Below are positions 60,789 through 64,000 of a stretch of 64,000 bases of DNA, in pieces. A program made the translations under genes and the position numbers. The notes beneath the pieces are model-generated. The model made no database searches. It had not been told where the DNA came from and saw only the letters and a program-made list of their open reading frames with translations. How positions within the stretch are numbered: position 1 is the stretch's first letter; the number at the start of each line of letters is the position of its first letter. This DNA is from Waterburya sp. (GTDB lineage Bacteria; Cyanobacteriota; Cyanobacteriia; Cyanobacteriales; Xenococcaceae): positions 4,320,001 through 4,384,000 of the forward strand of contig CBDCJV010000002.1 of the NCBI GenBank assembly GCA_965217895.1. Direction: 5' to 3'.

Positions 60789-62582
60789 TTACGCTCGGCA
60801 AACTTCTTCCCACCAGTGTTTTAAAATTGCTAAACTCCAACGGCGATACCAAAGTTTCAAGTCAATATTTGTTTCAAATGACGAAAGATCGAAGTGATTA
60901 TCCCATTCTTTTTCTAACCATTTTTGTAAAGGGAAAGAAAAACCTTTCTTCGGACGATTAGTAACCCAAGTAGGTAACTCAGATAAGGATTGAGTTAATA
61001 ATTGTTTTTTTGGTGCTAGACGAATATTACTAGGAATGGAAGCAATTTTTTCTAAGAGAATTTTATCCACAAAAGGCACTCTTAATTCTAATCCCCAAGC
61101 CATACTCATAACATCGCTATCTCTTAATAATTGATTACGCATATATCGACTAAGTTCTAGAAAACTAACTTCATCTTCCAAAGATGGTTGATCGGGAATA
61201 GAATTCTGAAAATATTTAGTATTGATAGTCAATTCGGGAAATAGCGTATTAGCAATTTGGCAAGCTTCTTTTGGAGAAAAAATACCACGAAAACTGCTGT
61301 AAGCATTGTGACTCGCAGGAGATTGTTGTAAGAAATCACCTAATCTTTTGAGACGTGGTTTTTGGGCATAGGTTTCTAATAAATGACCCCAACAACTCAT
61401 AATACTTGATACTGCTGATAAATTTTTCTGCCAAGACACCATTTGTGGTACTTTTTGAAACGAACTATAACCACCAAATAGTTCATCTCCGCCTAATCCA
61501 GATAGAACCACTTTAGTATTGTTGTTTCTGGCAATCTGAGAAACACAAAAAGTATTGAATCCGTCAATAGTTGGCTGGTCTATTTGCTCTAAAAATTGTA
61601 AAAATAAATTTCTGCCTGTCCCTGCATCAAGCTTGTATTCTGTATGTTCTGTCCCAAAATGTTTTGCTGTTTGACTGGCTATATTGCCTTCATTCCATTC
61701 GCTTTCAGCAAAAGCAATAGAGTAAGTACAAAGCTTGTTAGCTTGAGTTTGACGAGCCAATGCCAATATGGAGGTAGAATCAATTCCCCCACTTAGAAAT
61801 ATACCGACAGGTACATCACTAATAAAATGATGTTTTACAGAATCAATTAACGCATTCCGCACTATCTCTTGTGCTTCAGATGAATCAATTGGTTTAGAAC
61901 CAAATTGAATTTGCCAATAAGATTTTTTTGTTAGCTCATTATGTTGCCAAAACAAACAATGACCAGCTTCTAGACAATGAATATCGTCAATTAAAGTATA
62001 TGGTTCTGGTACTGTGCCAGTGGTTAAATAGCCATATAGACCTTCAGAACTCAAATTAATACTGGGAAGTTTAGAAGCTAAAATAGTTTTTAGTTCTGAA
62101 CCAAAAACCAAGGTTGAGCCAGATTGCCAATAGTATAAAGGCTTAATTCCCAAGTGATCGCGAGCTAAAAAACAAGTTTTTTCTAGATCGTCCCAGATCG
62201 CGAAGGCAAACATTCCTCGCAAATGATGGACGCAATCTTGACCATAATACTGATAGGTTTTTAATAAAACTTCGGTATCGGTTTGAGAAGAAAATTGTTC
62301 TCCTTGAGCTTCTAAATGCGATCGCAATTCTTGAAAATTATAAATTTCCCCATTAAAAGTTATCCAATATCTTCCATGATTAATAGACATTGGTTGATGA
62401 CCAGCAGCAGTGAGATCGACAATAGAAAGACGAGTATGAGCCAAAGCAGCTTTTTTATCTTTCGAGATAAATATTCCGCGGTCGTCTGGACCACGATGAA
62501 TTAAAGCCTTTTGCATTCGCTCAATCAAAAATTCCAAATCCTTTGGCTGATTATTGGTTAATATACCTGCAATACCGCACAT
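60789..62582 (-). CDS. asnB: Asparagine-synthase-like glutamine amidotransferase (probably polysaccharide amidation)
   Basis: MCGIAG, HRGPD, NGEIYN, LSGGIDS, SGLGGDELFGGY; embedded among glycosyltransferases. Confidence 0.85.
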   Translation of the reverse strand: MCGIAGILTNNQPKDLEFLIERMQKALIHRGPDDRGIFISKDKKAALAHTRLSIVDLTAAGHQPMSINHGRYWITFNGEIYNFQELRSHLEAQGEQFSSQTDTEVLLKTYQYYGQDCVHHLRGMFAFAIWDDLEKTCFLARDHLGIKPLYYWQSGSTLVFGSELKTILASKLPSINLSSEGLYGYLTTGTVPEPYTLIDDIHCLEAGHCLFWQHNELTKKSYWQIQFGSKPIDSSEAQEIVRNALIDSVKHHFISDVPVGIFLSGGIDSTSILALARQTQANKLCTYSIAFAESEWNEGNIASQTAKHFGTEHTEYKLDAGTGRNLFLQFLEQIDQPTIDGFNTFCVSQIARNNNTKVVLSGLGGDELFGGYSSFQKVPQMVSWQKNLSAVSSIMSCWGHLLETYAQKPRLKRLGDFLQQSPASHNAYSSFRGIFSPKEACQIANTLFPELTINTKYFQNSIPDQPSLEDEVSFLELSRYMRNQLLRDSDVMSMAWGLELRVPFVDKILLEKIASIPSNIRLAPKKQLLTQSLSELPTWVTNRPKKGFSFPLQKWLEKEWDNHFDLSSFETNIDLKLWYRRWSLAILKHWWEEVCRA

Positions 62583-62594
62583 TATTTTTTACAA

Positions 62595-63767
62595 TTAATT
62601 CCAGTAGTTGTTTAAATGTCGAGATAAAGTATATTTAAAACTTTCCCAGCCAAATATCTCTATTACTTTGTTTCTTAAATCTCTAGGTTGATAAATTAAA
62701 GGATTAGGATATTTATGTTGAATAATTTGAATTATGGTTTGGGAAATTTCGTCAATATCATCAGGATTTACTAAGGCACCCAATTTACCATCACAAAGAG
62801 CATCCCTCGCGCCATCTCGATTTCCAGCTAGGACTGGTTTCCCACAGGCCAATGCTTCTAAATAGACAATACCAAATCCTTCTGCTTTGCTTGGCATAGC
62901 AAATAAATCACAAAGATTGTAATGATCGCATAATTCTTCATCTGGAATGAACCCTGTAAGGGTAACATGATCCTGTAATCCTTTCTCTTCAATACAAGAT
63001 TTAATGGAAGAACTATCATCTCCTTTTCCTGCTAACAAATAGTGGATATTAGGGATGATTTTTTTAATGCTTTCCAAGGCATTGATAATTGTGTAATATC
63101 CTTTATATTGCTCTTTGCTAGATAATCTTGCTACAGTTAAGATAACAGGCTGTTCTAAAGATAAATTGTATTTTTTTAGTAGATAATCTGGTTTACAGGC
63201 AATTTGATAGCGATCGCTATCAAAAGTATTGGGTAATAATGATACTTTGCTGGGATCTAAATCTTGTTCTCTTAATAACCGTTCTCTAGTGTAGTTGCTA
63301 ACCGCTAAAATCTTATCGGCGTACAGCAGGGCTTTTTGTTGTTGAGGATTGGTAATATTCCAAGCCTCGACCCCATGAGCGATGGCGATGTAAGGAATTC
63401 CTCTCAGGCGTTTTAACCAATAAGCTGCAACCGCAAAGTTAAGATGGGTAGTAATGATCAGATCGGGTTTTTGCCAAATACCATAGGCGATTAATTGAGC
63501 AGCAAAAAATGGTGTGCGCCAAGGTAAGGAAATTTTACCTGCAAAGTGAAAATTAGTATCAGGTAAATATAAGCTATTATTTCCACAGTCGCGATCGTGT
63601 TTGAGAAATACACTGCGATCGGCTTCTTGATATATATTTTGTATAGCTTGTAATAAAAAGGCAGAGTAGACTTGAATTCCTCCTTTGAAAGCAAAAATAT
63701 CGGGTAGCCAAAGGTGAAGTTTATAATCCTTTTTATTAACTTTGACAGTATTAAAAACTGACTCCAT
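62595..63767 (-). CDS. Family 4 glycosyltransferase
   Basis: GGIQ, VARL...YKG, EGFGIVYLEALACG.P. Confidence 0.9.
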   Translation of the reverse strand: MESVFNTVKVNKKDYKLHLWLPDIFAFKGGIQVYSAFLLQAIQNIYQEADRSVFLKHDRDCGNNSLYLPDTNFHFAGKISLPWRTPFFAAQLIAYGIWQKPDLIITTHLNFAVAAYWLKRLRGIPYIAIAHGVEAWNITNPQQQKALLYADKILAVSNYTRERLLREQDLDPSKVSLLPNTFDSDRYQIACKPDYLLKKYNLSLEQPVILTVARLSSKEQYKGYYTIINALESIKKIIPNIHYLLAGKGDDSSSIKSCIEEKGLQDHVTLTGFIPDEELCDHYNLCDLFAMPSKAEGFGIVYLEALACGKPVLAGNRDGARDALCDGKLGALVNPDDIDEISQTIIQIIQHKYPNPLIYQPRDLRNKVIEIFGWESFKYTLSRHLNNYWN

Positions 63768-63798
63768 GTTTTGCTTGTCCTCTGCTTAATACAGCAAA

Positions 63799-64000
63799 TT
63801 AACTAGATATTGAACTCAACGCTTTTTGTAATCCTTCAGTAGTTTGTTTATAGCTATAATTTTTAATAATTTCACTGCTATTATCGCCCCACTGTTTTAA
63901 CCTTTCTAGATCGCAAAAGGCAAGCTGTATTGACTTAGTTAAAGCAGCTATATTTCCAGCCTCAAATGTTAAGCCATTGTGATATTCATGAACCAAATCT
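63799..64000 (-). CDS. C-terminus of a probable GT4 glycosyltransferase (truncated by window)
   Basis: NGLTFEAGN..AL...I...YS tail typical of GT-B enzymes; cluster context. Confidence 0.6.
   Translation of the reverse strand, partial: DLVHEYHNGLTFEAGNIAALTKSIQLAFCDLERLKQWGDNSSEIIKNYSYKQTTEGLQKALSSISS

Noticed and set aside
1176..63694. Numerous 60-122 aa ORFs antisense to or nested within long genes
   Set aside because: Shadow ORFs of well-supported CDSs with no independent motifs

Overview
AT-rich cyanobacterial chromosome segment. The HIP1 octamer GCGATCGC occurs about once per kb by hand count, and opcA, PatA-type, DUF4278, Uma2, DUF29 and PFE-CTERM genes are present. Most of the window is dispersed housekeeping genes (coaE, hemW, folC, pdxJ, egtC/egtB, pmbA, sppA, dxr, phosphohexomutase, NAD kinase), a 6S RNA gene missed by the ORF track, and the 3' end of an exopolysaccharide glycosyltransferase cluster. 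The main accessory locus (21.2-27.8 kb) is a DNA-phosphorothioation module, dndC-dndD, with no dndA/dndE/dndFGH in the window. It is transcribed divergently from a tightly coupled pair encoding an atypical GIY-YIG-like nuclease and a long 664-aa DndB/DGQHR protein, a candidate non-canonical defence or modification-sensing module. Other items of note: an unidentified structured RNA candidate near folC, a putative attenuator upstream of egtC, an NtcA-box/DUF4278/PirA-like unit, a Rof-like gene, motif-deviant ClC, thioredoxin reductase and PatA proteins, and several MITE-like repeats. All calls come from reading motifs by eye; no database searches were run.
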